From positions 62,001 through 126,000 of the forward strand of contig NIVC01000990.1 of assembly GCA_002269645.1 (NCBI GenBank): a stretch of 64,000 nt of DNA, read 5' to 3'. Under the pieces are notes generated by a model that made no database searches, was not told where the DNA came from, and was given only the letters and a program-made list of their open reading frames with translations. Source of the DNA: Macrostomum lignano. Its lineage: Eukaryota. Below, piece by piece: positions 37,190-49,024 of the stretch (position 1 is the stretch's first letter; every line of letters starts with the position of its first letter). The position numbers and the translations under genes are program-made.

Positions 37190-37791
37190 AGGCACACGCA
37201 TCATCAAAATCAAATGGCACACGCATCATCAAAATGAAATGGCACACGCATCATCAAAATGAAATGGCACCCGCATCATCAAAATGAAATGGCACCCGCA
37301 TCATCAAAATGAAATGGCACCCGCATCATCAAAATGAAATGGCACACGCATCATCAAAATGAAATGGCACACGCATTATCAAAATGAAATGGCACACGCA
37401 TCATCAAAATGAAATGGCACACGCATCATCAAAATGAAATGGCACACGCATTATCAAAATGAAATGGCACACGCATTATCAAAATGAAATGGCACACGCA
37501 TCATCAAAATGAAATGGCACCCGCATCATCAAAATGAAATGGCACACGCATCATCAAAATGAAATGGCACACGCATTATCAAAATGAAATGGCACCCGCA
37601 TCATCAAAATGAAATGGCACACGCATCATCAAAATGAAATGGCACACGCATCATCAAAATCAAATGGCACCCGCATCATCAAAATGAAATGGCACACGCA
37701 TCATCAAAATGAAATGGCACACGCATCATCAAAATGAAATGGCACACGCATTATCAAAATGAAATGGCACACGCATCATCAAAATGAAATA
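37190..37791. repeat. 25-bp tandem array (GGCACACGCATCATCAAAATGAAAT), about 24 copies
   Basis: Period 25. Confidence 0.96.
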
Positions 37792-38684
37792 ACTCAGTAC
37801 CAAAGTCAGTGGACAAGAAACGCGCTTCCATCAGCCTCTGCGAGCAAGCAAGAGAGCCACCTTCCCTCATTCGCCTTCCTTCTGCGCACTTTTCAGACTT
37901 AGAAATAGAAAAAATCTGGGGCGTCGCCGATCTCAGAAGACCCGCGAGTAAGAGGAAGCCTAAAAACCGACGCGCCCACGCACAAAAAAGATTTTCTGTT
38001 GAATTCACAGATTCATATAAATGCATTTTTTTGTTAATGCTCGGCTCTTTTATTTGTTAATGCTCAGCTTTATTATCTTTGATGGATGGCTTCAAATGTC
38101 TTTGCATGGAATTCGCGCTCAGATTTGCGCTCACAGTCCCAGCCTAAACCAAGCGAGCCAACTGACGGGGACAAATGTACCTAAATGGCGATCCTTCTTC
38201 TGCTTTCAGCCTGCAGACTACACCAGCTGTAGCAAAAAACCTCGCTTGAAGTCGGAGCTTGATTTTTCAAAATAAAAAAAATTAACGATAATTTGTATTA
38301 GAAAAATACTTAACTAATACATCAAATCATTTTACTCTCTGCGGCTAAAGTACAAATATATGCATATAAATACAGGCGAGTAAGTTTTAATATTAATACG
38401 CGCGTATTTCTACTGATTGCCAGAGGAGTCAGTAGTATTTCAAGGGTGTGTTTTTTCATATATATGATAAGTATAACTAACTTTTTAACATGAAGTATAA
38501 ATCATAAATTTACGTATACAATAATAAAACAAAAATTATTTATTAGATACTCATACTGCTTGTTAATGCAATAACTTAAATCTGTACTATAAAAATATCT
38601 ACTTGCTAACATAAACTACTTATTCGTAAAATTGTATGTATATGTGCACGAGTTTCTTGCATCTGTCAATAATTACTTTAATTT

Positions 38685-39030
38685 GTACAAGAGCTGCTCT
38701 CATCTGTACAAGAATTGCATGCATCTGTACGAGAACTGTTCTCATCTGTACAAGAACTACTTGTCTGTACAAGAACTACTCATCTTACGAAAACTACTCA
38801 TCTGTACAAGAACTACTCATCTGTACAAGAACTACTCATCTGTACAAGAACTACTCATCTGTACAAGAACTACTCATCTGTACAAGAACTACTCATCTGT
38901 ACAAGAACTACTCATCTGTACAAGAACTACTCATCTGTACAAGAACTACTCATCTTACGAGAACTACTTATCTGTACAGGAACTGCTCTCATCTGTACAA
39001 GAACTACTTATTTCTACAATAATTACTCAT
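38685..39030. repeat. 19-bp array (CTGTACAAGAACTACTCAT), copy A
   Basis: Period 19. Confidence 0.95.
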
Positions 39031-39859
39031 AGTACTCATCGGAAATACTCATCGGTTTGTTTACCCAAAGCAGCAACACAGTCCCAGAGAGGATCACCGC
39101 ATTCATGCATAATTTCTATACTGTCATCAGCCGCATCAACATTAAAGCTCATAGCCCATACATGAATAGAATTAGATAATTTATAGCAAGCATACAAGAT
39201 TCAAAGGAGGTCAGAACCCTAATTAAATATGCAGCACAATGCCATATTCATCCACAACAGAAGTGAACAGTAGAAAAATCAGAATTTACTATTATTTTGA
39301 TAAAACTAGTCAGAAATAACCATAAAGTAGAGGGGGGTGGTAGGGGTCTACCGCGCAGTCAGTGAATACTGCGCACATATGTTTCTGATTTATAAATAAA
39401 ATATAATATATAGCATACGATACTTATCATCAATACTTAGAGCAGGAAAACTGCGCGGCAATGCCAACAGCGCGCGGATTTGGAGCAATAAAAAAGAAGG
39501 AAAGAAAAATTTCAAGCCCCACAAGCGCCCGGGGTACCAGCGGAATCCAAGTGAAAATTCGAGCGCCTGATATAGGCTTGAAGCCAAGCTGAAGCAAGGG
39601 CGGGTGGCGCTATATATGAATTATAATTTACAACTGCTTAACAGACACAGGGGCCAGTGCAGACAACGGCGGGTCAGAGGCTGAAGCGAAGCGAACTAGT
39701 AAAAGCAGTAGAAAGGCCAGTACTCGTAGTGTTATAAAATGTTATAAAGCGATTGCATATACACTGAAGTATATGCAGACAGTCAGGAGATGCACATTAC
39801 ATATATGTACACAGGCAGATGGTCACACATGCCAGACATGTTAGGGCAATGTACACACC

Positions 39860-41035
39860 CATCTGTACAAGAAATACACATCTGTACAAGAATTACTCAT
39901 CTGTACAAGAACTACACAACTGTACAAGAACTATAAATCTGTAAAAGAACTAGACATCTGCACAAAAACTAGAAATCTGTACAAGAACTAGACATCTGTA
40001 CAATAACTCTTCATCTGTACAAGAATTACTCATCTGTACAAGAACTAGACATCTGTACAAGAACTTCTCATCTGTAAATGAAGTACTCAGCTGTACAAGC
40101 AAGAACTACTCATCTCTACAAGAATTACTTATCTGTACAAGAACTACACAACTGTACAAGAACTGCTCATCTGTACAAGAACTACACAACTGTACAAGAG
40201 TTACTCATCTGTACAAGAACTACACAACTGTACAAGAACTACTCATCTCTACAAGAATTACTCATCTGTACAAGAACTACACAACTGTACAAGAACTGCT
40301 CATCTGTACAAGAACTACACAACTGTACAAGAATTACTCATCTGTACAAGAACTACTATCTGTACAAGAACTACTATCTGTACAAGAATTACTCATCTGT
40401 AAAAGAAGTACTCAGCTGTACAAGCAAGAACTACTCATCTCTACAAGAATTACTCATCTGTACAAGAATTACTCATCTGTACAAGAACTACTTATCTGTA
40501 CAAGAATTACTCCTCTGTACAAAAACTACTATCTGTACAAGAACTACTCATCTGTAAAAGAAGTACTCAGCTGTACAAGCAAGAACTACTCATCTCTACA
40601 AGAATTACTCATCTGTACAAGAATTACTCATCTGTACAAGAACTACTTATCTGTACAAGAATTACTCCTCTGTACAAAAACTACTATCTGTACAAGAACT
40701 ACTCATCTGTAAAAGAAGTACTCAGCTGTACAAGCAAGAACTACTCATCTCTACAAGAATTACTTATCTGTACAAGAAATACAAAACTGTACAAGAACTG
40801 CTCATCTGTACAAGAACTACACAACTGTACAAGAATTACTTATCTGTACAAGAACTACACAACTGTACAAGAATTACTCATCTGTACAAGAACTACACAA
40901 CTGTACAAGAACCACTCATCTGTACAAGAACTACTCATCTGCACAAGAACTGCTCATCTGCACAAGAACTGCTCATCTGTACAAGAATTACTCATCTGCA
41001 CAAGAACTGCTCATCTGTACAAGAATTACTCATAG
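39860..41035. repeat. 19-bp array (CTGTACAAGAACTACTCAT), copy B, with higher-order duplications
   Basis: Same monomer as 38685-39030. Confidence 0.95.
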
Positions 41036-41905
41036 TACTTATCGGAAATACTGCAGCATCGGTTTGTTTACCCATAGCAGCAACCCAGTCCCAGAGAGGA
41101 TCACTGCATTTAATATAATTTACTACAGACAAGATTAATTGATTTTTACAAATACTGAATTTATAAAATGACCTACACATGCTCAACAGTGAAACTACGA
41201 GTATTTGTCCTTTCTGTTACGATAGATTTAAGCAAAAACACAGTTACAGAGCTTGAATAGATTCTTACCAGTGCAGGTGTATTAGTTTTCTGATAGCCAA
41301 TATTGACTTCAACAGCAAATTTGGTGCACAGAAATCATTAAAGCTGCAATCATTTAGTGATATAAAAGTTGCTTTATTAAGTTGGATCATTAATTTTATT
41401 AGATACATATCATATAATTATTTAACGATCATTTAAAAAGTGCTTAAATCTTTAAATCTGAGTGCTCTCAATAGGAGAGTGTCATTCTCTTCATGATAAA
41501 GACAGTTCATACAGTTTAAAAGCATTTTAATTATATCTGCACAATCTCTTTAATTTTATATAGCTGGTAGACACGGTTTACTAGAAAAATGTAGCATATT
41601 TGTATCTAAAGAGCTTTTTTGCAACAGTTTAATGCTGGTTTAGTTAATTTTGTGACATGCCTACCTTGGCAACCTGAGCTGGATATTGTGAATATGAGTT
41701 AAGTATCAAAAATTTCAGTAAAATTATAAATTAAATATGTAAATAAATAAACATATTAAATTATAACAAATAAAATTGTTAAATTTAAAAAATTAAGACA
41801 AACCAAATTTATGAAAAAATGCCTATGAATCATTCTATCACCTTTTTTCAGCCTATTTTATACTGCAAGTTCTGTGCTTAATAAAGTGCTAAAGTTCTAA
41901 AATTT

Positions 41906-42204
41906 ATAATAATTATAGATTACACCAGCCCCAACTTGGCCAGATGTGTAGCCAATACCTCATCTGCAGCTATTGTGCAGTGCTTTTAAAGGCAATATAT
42001 GGCTGTTAAGCCTAAGGACTAGGTCATCATACACCCTTATTACTCCAGCTAATGCTGGCACCCATTCTACAGCTGGGTGAACTGAAGCAATGCAGAGTTG
42101 AGTGTCTTGCTCAAGGACTCAAATAGTTCCAATGGGATTGGGAATCAAACCCTTGACCTTTAAGTCACAAGTCTAATGGTCTGAACACTATGCTACAACC
42201 CTCT
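41906..42204 (-). mobile_element. second, more diverged copy of the tRNA/CORE SINE
   Basis: The reverse complement aligns end to end with 19383-19700. The central 51 nt are identical. Confidence 0.85.
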
Positions 42205-44039
42205 CATAGAATCAACTAGACTGCAAAAAATATATAATTATGTCCCATCTCATCTACATGTATATGTCTTATGTCTAAAAATCACAAAGAATCTATTTAC
42301 CATTCTATAATTCACTTTGTTATATAGTCATTAGGCTAAGAATTATAAAATAGATTCCTAAAGCCAATAGGTTAAGCTGTGCCATTTTTATGATTTTTAG
42401 ACATTGTACATATATGACTATACATCAAAGATACTATATAACTAGATAGATCACTTCCTATCTTGCTGTGGGAAGCAAAACTGATACTACTCTTAGGACA
42501 GTAGTGTAAAAGCAACTTATAAGAAACATTCTTATCAGTGACTAAAATGAAATCAATTACAATCTTCTACAGTACAGTATACATTCTCAACTTTAAGGTA
42601 GGCTTTTGCTACCCTAAATTTCCAGTAAATGATTTCCCTTTTCAACCCTATTGCTAGCCTATAGCAGTGTGGAGGGGGTAGGTGAAGGGGTAGAGGCCAA
42701 GGGCTATTCAAGCCATCTAGCTAAGCAGAGCTTTTTTGTGTTGCCTTAACTTTAGTAAAAGCCAACTAACAAAGTTGCCTTGAAGGGAGGATAGGAAGGT
42801 GGTGAAAGGGTTAAGAGCTGTGCAAGCCATAATATACACACTATGTGGTCTATGAACCAATCTTAATATAAGCATTGAATTTGCCTTTGTTTTAAGAGCA
42901 TTTGGCTAAGTCTAGTTTCTTATCCTTCCTCACAAAGATTATGCATCTAGTGTTTCCAGTGTGATTTGCAATCATGTATATATAATCAAATAGTTTTTCA
43001 ATGGCCAATGGCCATAGCCATGCAAAATTTGATATTCAACTCAAAAGGTGTACAGCCACTTGCACAAATACAACTCAAGCTGTCAAGCATTCACTGGTGA
43101 TACCAGAACTCCAGTGTGAATGCACAGATTCCCGACAGATGATGCAGTGGCTACTTAATAGGAAGGAATTTTTGAGCTAAATTTTGAGCTTATAGTGATT
43201 CTTTAAAATAACACATAAAATAATCTATAAAAACTAGATAACATATTATATAAGAATTTACCATATTATTATAAGTTATATTAACAAGATGCAATTATAT
43301 GGTTTATGATAAATTTTCCAAAAAAGCTATATACCAAATATACTTAAGACTTTGGAATATGTAGGATAACAGAATTTTCTGTGGCAATTGCCACTTTTCT
43401 AACTGGTATATATGATATAAGTTTCAACGCTGACTTGGCAGAATTGTAGGAGTTCACTTACTACATACATACAGACAGACAAACATCGCGTCAGTTTTAG
43501 TATAAGGAGATAGCCTTATTAGCCAAATTAATATAATAACATTAAACCCTTGTATAAGGCTGGGACTCAGGCAATAGAGCTATAGAAAATATGAATATAT
43601 TTTATTTTATTTTATTTTATTTGTATTTATTTATTATTTATATTTTATTATATTATATATTGTATGATATATAATATAATAAAATATATTCATATTATAT
43701 TATATTATAGTATCATACAGACGACGTGAAGAAGCTGGATATATAACCCTAATTGTGTATATCCTCTATGCTTGGCATGTTTTATTGTTCTTGCATTTAC
43801 AAAATAGTTCATTAATAATGTATATCTATTGATAGATATATTAATATATATAATATAATATATAATATATAATTGTATATAATATTTAGAGATATACTAG
43901 CAATCTTCACCCCCCATTGGGGGACATCTGTATAGAATCTCTGTTCTCTACAAGTAACAAAAAGACAGCCAAAAAAGCCTTCACAAAGACAACAGACAAA
44001 CTGCTCAAATAAAGTGTAATGCAAAAAGAAATCATCCCA

Positions 44040-44195
44040 AGATAGCAAGCATCCCCCAGATAGCAAGCATCCCCCAGATTGCAAGCATCCCCCAGACAGC
44101 AAGCATCCCCCAGATAGCAAGCATCCCCCAGATTGCAAGCATCGCCCAGATAGCAAGCATCCCCCAGATAGCAAGCATCCCCAAATAGTAAGCAT
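44040..44195. repeat. 18-bp array (GCAAGCATCCCCCAGATA)
   Basis: Period 18. Confidence 0.93.
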
Positions 44196-44289
44196 CCACC
44201 ATACAATAAGTAGCTAGTGCTACAATTTCCTTAGCTCTATAGTGGCTCCTTTGAAATTGGCATGACGCTTACGTTTACGTTTGAAATTG

Positions 44290-46670
44290 TGTAAATTTTA
44301 TGTTTGACATGGTGGCTCTTTAATGTTTGACATGGTAGCTCTTTTATGTTCTACATGGTGGCTCTCTTATGTTTGATTCGGGGTTTTTTTAATGTCTGAC
44401 ATGGTGTCTCTTTATTGTTTGACATAGTGGCTCTTTTATGTTTGACATGGTGGCCCTTTAATGTTTGACATGGTGGCTCTTTAATGTTTGACAATATGGC
44501 TCTTTAATGTTTGACATGGTGGTTCTTTTATATTCGACATTGTGGCTCTTTTATGCTTGACATGGTGGCTCTTTACTGTTTGACATAGAGTCACATATAT
44601 GTTTGACATGGTGGCTCTTTAATGTTCGACATGGAAGCTCTTCTATGTTTGACATGGAGTCACGAATATACTTGACATGGTGACTCGTTAATGTTTGACA
44701 TGGTGGCTCTATAATGTTAGACATGGTGGCTCTTTTATGTTCGACATGGTGGCTTTTCTATGTTTAACATGGTAGCACTTTAATGTTTGACATGGTGGCT
44801 GTTTTAAATTTGACATGGTGGCTCTTTAATGTTTGATATGGTGGCTCTTTAATGTTTGACATGGTGGCTCTTTTATGTTAGACATGGTGGCTCTTTAATG
44901 TTTGACATGGAGTCACATATATTTTTGACATGGTGGCTCTTTTATGTTAGACATGGTGGCTCTTTTATGTTTGACATGGTGGCTCTTTAATGTTAGACAT
45001 GGTGGCTCTTTAATGTTAGACATGATGGCTCTTTAATGTTTGACAGTGCGGCTCTTTAATGTTTGACATGGTGGCTCTTTTATGTTCGACATGGTGGCTC
45101 TTTTATGTTAGACATGGTGTCTCTTTTATGCTTGACATGGTGGCTCTTTACTGTTTGACATGGAGTCACATATATGTTTGACATAGTGGCTCTTTTATGT
45201 TTGACATGGTGGCTGTTTTAAGTTTGACATGGTGGCTCTTTAATGTTTGATATGGTGGCTCTTTAATGTTTGACATGGTGGCTCTTTAATGTTTGATATG
45301 GTGGCTCTTTAATGTTTGATATGGTGGCTCTTTTATGTTAGACATGGTGGCTCTTTAATGTTTGACCTGGTGGCACCTTAATGTAATGATGGCTCTTTAA
45401 TGTTTGAAATGGTGGCACTTTAATGTTAGACATGGTGGCTCTTTAATGTTTGACATGGTGGCTGTTTTATGTTTGACATGGTGGCTCTTTTATGTTTGAC
45501 ATGGTGGCTCTTCAATGTTAGACATGGTGGCTCTTTAATGTTTGACCTGGTGGCACCTTAATGTAATGATGGCTCTTTAATGTTTGAAATGGTGGCTCTT
45601 TAATGTTCGACATGGTGGCTCTATAATGTTAGACATGGTGGCTCTTTAATGTTCGACATGGTGGCTCTTTAATGTTAGACATTGTGGCTCTATAATTTTT
45701 TACTGGTGGCTCTTCAATGTTAGACATGGTGGCTCTTTAATGTTAGACTTGGTGGCTCTTTAATTTTTGACATGGTGGCTTTTTAATGTTAAAAGACGTG
45801 GCTCTTTAATGTTCGACATGGTGGCTCTATAATGTTTGACATGGTGGCTCTTTTATGTTTGACATGGTGGCTCTTTTATGTTTGACATAATGGCTCTTTA
45901 ATGTTTTACGTGGTGGCTCTTTAATGTTCTTCATGGTAGCTCTTTTATGTTTGACATGGAGTCACGAATATACTTGACATGGTGACTCGTTAATGTTCGA
46001 CATGGTGGCTCTATAATGTTAGACATGGTGGCTCTTTAATGTTCGACATGGTGGCTCTTCTATGTTTAACATGGTAGCACTTTAATGTTTGACATGGTGG
46101 CTCTATAATGTTTGACATGGAGTCACATATATGTTGGACATGGTGGCTCTTTAATGTTCGACATGGTGGCTCTTTAATGTTTGACATGGTGGCTCTTTTA
46201 TGTTAGACATGGTGGCTCTTTTATGCTTGACATGGTGGCTCTTTACTGTTTGACATGGAGTCACATATATGTTTGACATGGTGGCTCTTTTATGTTTGAC
46301 ATGGTGGCTCTTTTATGTTTGACATGGTGGCTCTTTAATGTTAGACATGGTGGCTCTTTAATGTTAGACATGGTGGCTCTTAAATGTTCGACATTGTGGC
46401 TCTTTAATGTTAGACATGGTGGCTCTTTACTGTTAGACATGGTGGCTCTTTAATGTTTGACATGGTGGCTCTTTTATGTTCGACATGGTGGTTCTTTTAT
46501 GTTAGACATGGTGGCTCTTCTATGCTTGACATGGTGGCTCTTTTATGTTTGACATGGTGGGTTTTTATGTTTGACATGGTGGCTCTTTAATGTTCGACAG
46601 GGTGGCTCTTCTATGTTTGACATGGTAACTCTTTTATGTTCGATATGTTGGCTTTTCTATGTTTGACATT
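44290..46670. repeat. 23-bp minisatellite (TTTGACATGGTGGCTCTTTAATG), about 100 copies
   Basis: Period 23 (45241 to 45264). Confidence 0.96.
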
Positions 46671-47039
46671 GCGCTTCTTTGATGTTTAGCAGTTTTGTTG
46701 TGTTTTTAAGGTGTTTTAATAAAAAATCTTTTTGCACTACTAAGATTCGAACCCAGGTCGCTACATTAGCATTCCAGTCTGTTCGCATCAGGGCTATCTC
46801 TTTTCTTGTGGAATTGTGGCCCTTATAATTCAATTCTTACAGCAAGTCAATTGGAGTAAAAAGTTTCTTCAGACATACTTTGGAGTAAAAAGTAAGTCAG
46901 ACATCTATTTCTCAGTCAGCCAGTATCAGTCTCAATTTAAGTTAGCAATATGGTTACGCAATTTAAATCAAGTCGTGTGTGCATTTCTTGGGCACTGTTT
47001 TCAACTTGTGATGCAATCTTTATCACAATCGGAATTCAG

Positions 47040-47200
47040 CCAGTCAGTTTTTTCTCTAGCATTCTTACAATGCATTTCAGGTCGAAAGAGCTGATTTCTG
47101 ATCAAATGGTGCAAGTTTGAAGAAAATCGGTTGAGCCATTTTTTCTGAAATCTATCGCATACCTACCCACATACAGACAACTCATTTTTAGTATATAGGA
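47040..47200 (+). mobile_element. possible Helentron/DINE-like (HINE) 3' terminus
   Basis: AAGTTTGAAGAAAATCGGTTGAGCC...ACATACAGACAAC..TTTTAGTATATAGGAT resembles such ends. A similar ending lies at 43400-43512. Resemblance only. Confidence 0.4.
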
Positions 47201-47312
47201 TATTATAGCAATTCAAGCAATTCAAGATTGTAAACTATACATACATTTTTGTATTATAATATGCCCAAAATATGCAATATATTTGCAAAGGTAGTTGTTA
47301 TTTGCATAGTAC

Positions 47313-47521
47313 TGTAAGAGCCGAGAATTTAGAGTAAGTTTACGAATTATATTTTGATGCAAGATAATTTACGAGCGATTAAATAGTCAGCGATGATAGA
47401 TCGATTAAAGTGACTCACCCAACTGGGGTGGTGGGCATGTACAGAGAAGAAAGCGAGATGCAAGTACATATACTAATAGAGCAGCCCCCACCCCGACGGC
47501 CCAAACCAAACGCAACCTACA
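47313..47521 (-). repeat. 3' LTR
   Basis: 207/209 identical to 52127-52335. Confidence 0.97.
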
Positions 47522-47524
47522 TCA

Positions 47525-47533
47525 CTCTCCCCC
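47525..47533 (-). other. polypurine tract (GGGGGAGAG)
   Basis: Immediately upstream of the 3' LTR on the - strand. Confidence 0.8.
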
Positions 47534-47629
47534 AAGAAAAATACATGGGATAAAAAAACGGGATAAAACAAAAGCAAACAAAAAAAGTTCATGCAACGCG
47601 AAAAAAGTCCCGATCAGAAAGAAAGCACG

Positions 47630-49024
47630 TCAACAGGTCGCCGTGTAAAAATCCGGCCGCCGGCGCTGCCTGCCCGACCGGCGCACCGTGTTGCCGGGTT
47701 CAGCCGCGTCCAGGTTGCGCAGCGGCTCCCAGGCGTCCGGGCCGGCCAGCTGACCCGCGGCGTCCTCGACGCTCTGACAGTCGTCCTCGGTGGCCGGCTT
47801 GGCTGGTGGCCTGTCGCTCAGATTCGGTCGGTCGATAAAGCGCTTCAAGCGGTCGTGGTGGACCAGCAAGCGGCGCCTGCCGTTCACAGCCTGCAGCCGG
47901 TAGTTCACAGGGCTGACCTTCTTAAGGACGATGAACGGGCCGGACCACCGGTTCGACAGCGACTTGCACTGGCCGCGCTTCATCGCATGGTGCGTCAGCA
48001 TCACTCGGTCACCGGTCTTGAAGTCGGTAGTCTCTGCCCCTAGGTTGTAGAACTCGTGCTGCGATTTCTGGGGCGTGTGCAGGTGCGCCCGCACTACCTG
48101 AAAGCCGCGCCTGATTCTTGCCTGCAGGTCCGCGCAGTCCTGCGGCTGGTCGCGCTGCCCACCGAGTGCCAAGTCGACCGGCAGTCTGGGCTCGATGCCG
48201 CGTAGCACTTTGAACGGCGACTCGCCCGTGGAGCTGTGCTCAGAGCTGTTGTAGGCCCACACGACATAGGGCAGCAGGGCGTCCCAGCTGGCCTGATTCT
48301 CTGAGCAGAATGCGGAGAGCATGTTGCCCAGCGTCCTATTGAACCTCTCGACGTTCCCGTTGCCGCTGGGGTGAAACGGTGAGGTCCTCGATTTTTCTGC
48401 TCCGAGCAGCGCGCAGGTCTGCTTGAAAACTTCGGCCTCAAACTGGCGACCTTGGTCCGAGTGCACGACCTCCGGAACTCCGTGCCGCAGCACCACACAG
48501 GTCACCAGAGCCTCGGCTACCGTCTTGGCGTCGATCTGGCTGAGGGCCGCCGCCTCCACCCACTTTGAAAATGTGTCGACAAAGCAGATGATGTAGCGCT
48601 TGCCAGACTCGGTGACTGGCAGTGGGCCCTTGATGTCGAGTTGCATGACAGCCCACGGCTTGGCCGGTAGCGGCTGCCGCACCAGCTCAGCACGCGCTCG
48701 CTTTGGCGCTCCCTTGCGTCGTTGGCAGACCAGGCAGCTCCGCACCCAGTCCCGCACGTCCTCGCGCATGTCCGGCCACCAGGAACGCTCGCGCAAAGCC
48801 CGCAGCACCCGCCGCTGTCCGAGGTGACCCGCGCTCGGCCGGTCGTGCGCCTGGTGCAGCAGCTCCGCTCTCATGTGCTGGGGGATCACCGGCAACCCGT
48901 TGTGGAGCAGTGCGCCGTCCGGTGACAGCGTCAGACAGGGCAGCAGCTTCTGGACCGACGCACTCACCGCCGCCGGAACTTGAAAGTTGGGCTGGAGCAT
49001 CGCGTGCCGAACCGCGTGCAGAAC
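47630..49024 (-). CDS. Gypsy integrase (HHCC, D-D-E, GPF), in frame with pol but separated from it by a TAG
   Basis: HDRPSAGHLG..CLVC; LDIKG, SDQG, VERFNRTL; WSGPF. Confidence 0.95.
   Translation of the reverse strand, partial: VLHAVRHAMLQPNFQVPAAVSASVQKLLPCLTLSPDGALLHNGLPVIPQHMRAELLHQAHDRPSAGHLGQRRVLRALRERSWWPDMREDVRDWVRSCLVCQRRKGAPKRARAELVRQPLPAKPWAVMQLDIKGPLPVTESGKRYIICFVDTFSKWVEAAALSQIDAKTVAEALVTCVVLRHGVPEVVHSDQGRQFEAEVFKQTCALLGAEKSRTSPFHPSGNGNVERFNRTLGNMLSAFCSENQASWDALLPYVVWAYNSSEHSSTGESPFKVLRGIEPRLPVDLALGGQRDQPQDCADLQARIRRGFQVVRAHLHTPQKSQHEFYNLGAETTDFKTGDRVMLTHHAMKRGQCKSLSNRWSGPFIVLKKVSPVNYRLQAVNGRRRLLVHHDRLKRFIDRPNLSDRPPAKPATEDDCQSVEDAAGQLAGPDAWEPLRNLDAAEPGNTVRRSGRQRRRPDFYTATC

Noticed and set aside
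36140-37791. CRISPR-like appearance of the 31-bp and 25-bp arrays (and the other 22-35 bp arrays)
   Set aside because: The units are head to tail with no unique spacers, there are no cas genes, and the context is eukaryotic.
47630-47760. Chromodomain or env ORF after integrase
   Set aside because: Integrase ends RRSGRQRRRPDFY and only about 100 bp separate it from the PPT.
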